Both the position numbers and the translations under genes were made by a program. Shown in pieces: positions 61,111 through 64,000 of a stretch of DNA of 64,000 nt. The number at the start of each line of letters is the position of its first letter. Positions within the stretch are counted from its first letter, which is position 1. The notes under the pieces were generated by a model. That model ran no database searches. It was not told the origin of the DNA and saw only the letters and a program-made list of their open reading frames with translations. The stretch is taken from assembly GCF_030144855.1 (NCBI RefSeq), contig NC_082731.1, positions 27,404,001 to 27,468,000 on the forward strand, given 5' to 3'. This stretch comes from Hypanus sabinus. Its lineage: Eukaryota.

Positions 61111-63078
61111 TTGTGTTTCTGGTTATCCATACACTCATTCATTTGTGTACATTGATGCTTCAGTGGGACTCAGATTCTAATTCCAGTTTCCTTGGCCAGA
61201 TTCCCTTCTGTCTGACTCCAGTCAGCAAGAACTGGAACCTGTTTTTCACCCAGTGGCTGTGAGGCACGAGGTGATGAAGGTGAACGGGGCTGAAATTCCA
61301 AATTGACTCAGTCAAAGGACGGATGAACCTTTGATATTGTTGGGCACAAGACAAATTGGTGAGACAGGACACAGGTGTCTACACAGTCACCTGTCCAATT
61401 GTGAAATTACATTGATCCATCTGTGGGACACTGAATTCAGTCCAAGTGGGAAACTCAGTGATCCCAAGAAATATCCAAAGGAGAATGTTTTGATAGAATT
61501 ACCCAAGCATTGACAGGATTATATGCTTCTTGTGGAATAACACCAGCATTCAGCAATAAGGGGAGCGATCTTGACTCGTTCAGATTTTATGAGAGGATCG
61601 CATTTTCCAGGGATTGCTGAACATCAAGACCAGGCTGATATGGGACCTAACTGAGAAACCTGCAGAAAACATGTTTAACAACATCACAGTACTGATTAAA
61701 CTGAGATTCACAATTCCGTGACCCTTCAGTGTACACCTAGGTTTGCAGATTTGTGATATTACACAACAACAATGATCATCCAGTCTGCATGCATGAACTT
61801 CCTGTTTTAAAGGAAAATTGCTCATAATCTTACTGACATGAGAAAGGTTAAGAAATACACATCATACTTTGTCAGCTGATCCGTCCCAGTCAGACTGGAC
61901 AGTGTGTGTTACATCTGCTCTTTCTTCAGACAAAGACACTGACTCACAGTCTCACTGAAGGACTCAACCGTGACACAAACACAATCAGCCTCCACACTAA
62001 ATGTCAAAGAGCAAAAGGGGACCGAGTGTGTAAATGGTGTACACAAAGTGCAGAGAGCTGCAATGTAAGTGAACTGATGATCGTGCATTGGGAGACGGCC
62101 TCAACAACTTCACACAAAACCGACACTAACCCAGAGGACAGGTGACCCAACACTTGATCAAAGAGCTGTTTTATTCATTTATCATTTCCTATCAATCACT
62201 GATCGCTCTGGAACTGAGGGACTTGCTGCCTCATTCCTGATGGTGATTCAGGTTCAGCCGTGTTGCTGCAGGTCTGGAGTCACAGACCAGCCGGACCAGA
62301 TGGGACTTCTCTCTGGAAGTTATCACAGGGAATGACACTACAAATACCTCCGTAGACATCTTTCTATTCCAAAAAGCATTGTTGAATTGAATTTAAACTC
62401 CCATCCACCAGGTTGGGATTTGAAACTATTTTCCCAGTTCATCAGCCCAGCAACTTAACGACACACTCTGACCATGGCTGCTCATTTCAAGAGAGACAGA
62501 GGCTTCAGTGTTTGTAAGCACGAACGCTAAAATCACAAGCACCAGCAAAAGTAGTGCAGGTGTATGAGGGAGCAGAGTTGAGAGAATACGATGTTTTCTG
62601 AAGTTTGTGTGGGTTGTAAAGTTTGCAGAGATGGGGAAAGGCACAGCCACAGTAAGACTGGAATGTCGGGATATGGAGTTATTAATCTGAGTGAATCCCA
62701 GGCTCAGCCCAGATGGAGAAAGGGATTCTCATTGATTCAGTGTTCATTGTTACTAATCAATGGCACTGAGTCTCCAAGCAAAGAATATACTGAGCTGTGT
62801 CTCTGCTGAGAAATCTGCATGCTTCTCTGTCTCACAGAGAACCAATTGGTACAGTTATTAGAAAGGGATTCAAAACCTAATTAGCACATCCTTTGTTCTG
62901 ATTTTCTTTTCTGAATCAAAACTTACAGGAATATAAGACACGTGATACAGTCCTGGGTGTTTCTGTTATTCTGTTTACATGAAATGCAGCTGTCATGTAC
63001 TGATGATCTGTCTTGACCTAACACAACCAATAGAAATATCTCCATAAGATTCTGAGCATTTCCATTTCTAATCCACAG

Positions 63079-63381
63079 AATTGTCTGTCTTTATTCAAAA
63101 TCCCGACATTGAAGAGATGTGGATCGACAAGACTGCTACTGTGAAGTGCATGGTTCTCTGTACAGATCCTGAAGATATCCACATCTCTTGGCACGTGGGT
63201 GGGAAGGAGAAAACTAAAGGAATTCACACCCATCAAGCAAAGAGGGACGGGTCCCGATACAGAGTGCTCAGCGAACTCCAGATCAGTGTGGAGGAGTGGT
63301 TCAGTGGGGTGGAGTACGAGTGCTCTGCTCAGGAATCTCCTTCATCATCCCCAGTGTCAGCACGGACCAATAGTACCAAAG
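63079..63381 (+). CDS. IgW: IgW CH3 exon
   Basis: ccacag acceptor, phase 1. ELSVFIQNPDIEEMWIDKTATVKC..ISW..EEWFSGVEYECSA. Donor g|gtgggc. Confidence 0.9.
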
Positions 63382-63467
63382 GTGGGCAAGACAACAGCGA
63401 TTAAATGGCCAGCATTATTTAGCTGAGTCAAAATGTTTGACATTTCCTGTTTTCTTGTCTATTCCAG

Positions 63468-63785
63468 TCGAGATAAAAAGTCCCAAGGTCAGACTGCTGC
63501 CTCCACCTCAGGAAGAGACCAAGAATAGGAAAACAGCCACACTGGAGTGTGTGGTCTCTGGATTCTACCCGGACCAAATAAATGTCATCTGGGAGAAACA
63601 CAACACCGTGATCACCTCCAACACCAGCGCTACACCGACTGCTCTGGAGCAGGGGTGGAGTTTCAGTGCCAGACACTTCCTGACTATGAGATTACAGGAG
63701 TGGAATACAGAATCAGTCTTCAGCTGTACAGTGATGCATCTCCCCTCCAACAGCAGTATCAAGAAGCAAGTGAAGAACGTCCTAG
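63468..63785 (+). CDS. IgW: IgW CH4 exon
   Basis: ttccag acceptor, phase 1. KSPKVRLLPPP..TATLECVVSGFYPD..VIW..FSCTVMHLPS. Donor g|gtaggg. Further exons are expected beyond the window. Confidence 0.9.
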
Positions 63786-64000
63786 GTAGGGTCCTGGGAC
63801 TCACCCCATTATCGAAATTGTTTACATTGTGCTATGAATTCAACACTAAATCCTGGTGCAGCCCTGGTTTATTTATGTGAGGGAACTGATAAAGTTCCAA
63901 GTACATTTATTATCAAAGTCTGTGCACCGTATACAATCTTGAGATTCTCTTCTTGCAGGCAGCCAGAAAACAAAGAAACACAATAGAATTCAGAGTCAAA

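Noticed and set aside
61246-61262. Reverse CACAGCCACTGGGTG as a convergent CTCF partner
   Set aside because: Lacks the 3' TCAG/GCAG half and the upstream module.
63786-63880. Read-through of the CH4 donor giving a 31-aa two-Cys extension as a tailpiece
   Set aside because: No N-x-S/T tailpiece motif or similarity to known tails, and a good donor is present. The CH1-CH3 read-throughs also stop quickly.

Overview
Eukaryotic, repeat-rich genomic DNA from a cartilaginous fish (shark/ray type). About 45 kb of decayed retroelements (CR1, Rex1/Babar-type, RTE, Penelope-like, L1, SINEs, a solo LTR) and an assembly gap precede an apparently intact immunoglobulin heavy-chain minilocus of the IgW class on the + strand. 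The locus has a TATA box, leader (46268-46313), VH (46426-46727) with a 23-RSS, one D with 12/12 RSSs (47165-47181), JH (47585-47632), CH1, CH2, a Cys-rich short-secretory exon missed by the ORF track (56810-56940), CH3 and CH4; it continues past the window. The most interesting signals are: (1) a single-D V23/12D12/23J layout with two extra codons at the V end; (2) a family of same-orientation CTCF-like motifs with a fixed-distance upstream module, 23-38 kb upstream of V; (3) a 43-bp G-quadruplex/WGCW minisatellite in the J-C intron; (4) a TSD-flanked, 5'-inverted L1; (5) a poly(A) hexamer inside the last codons of the secretory exon; (6) hammerhead-ribozyme cores in inverted Penelope termini; (7) an orphan phase-1 exon ending in a hydrophobic segment. 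All calls are by eye with no database searches. Family and isotype names rest on recalled motifs, and repeat boundaries are approximate unless a TSD is quoted.
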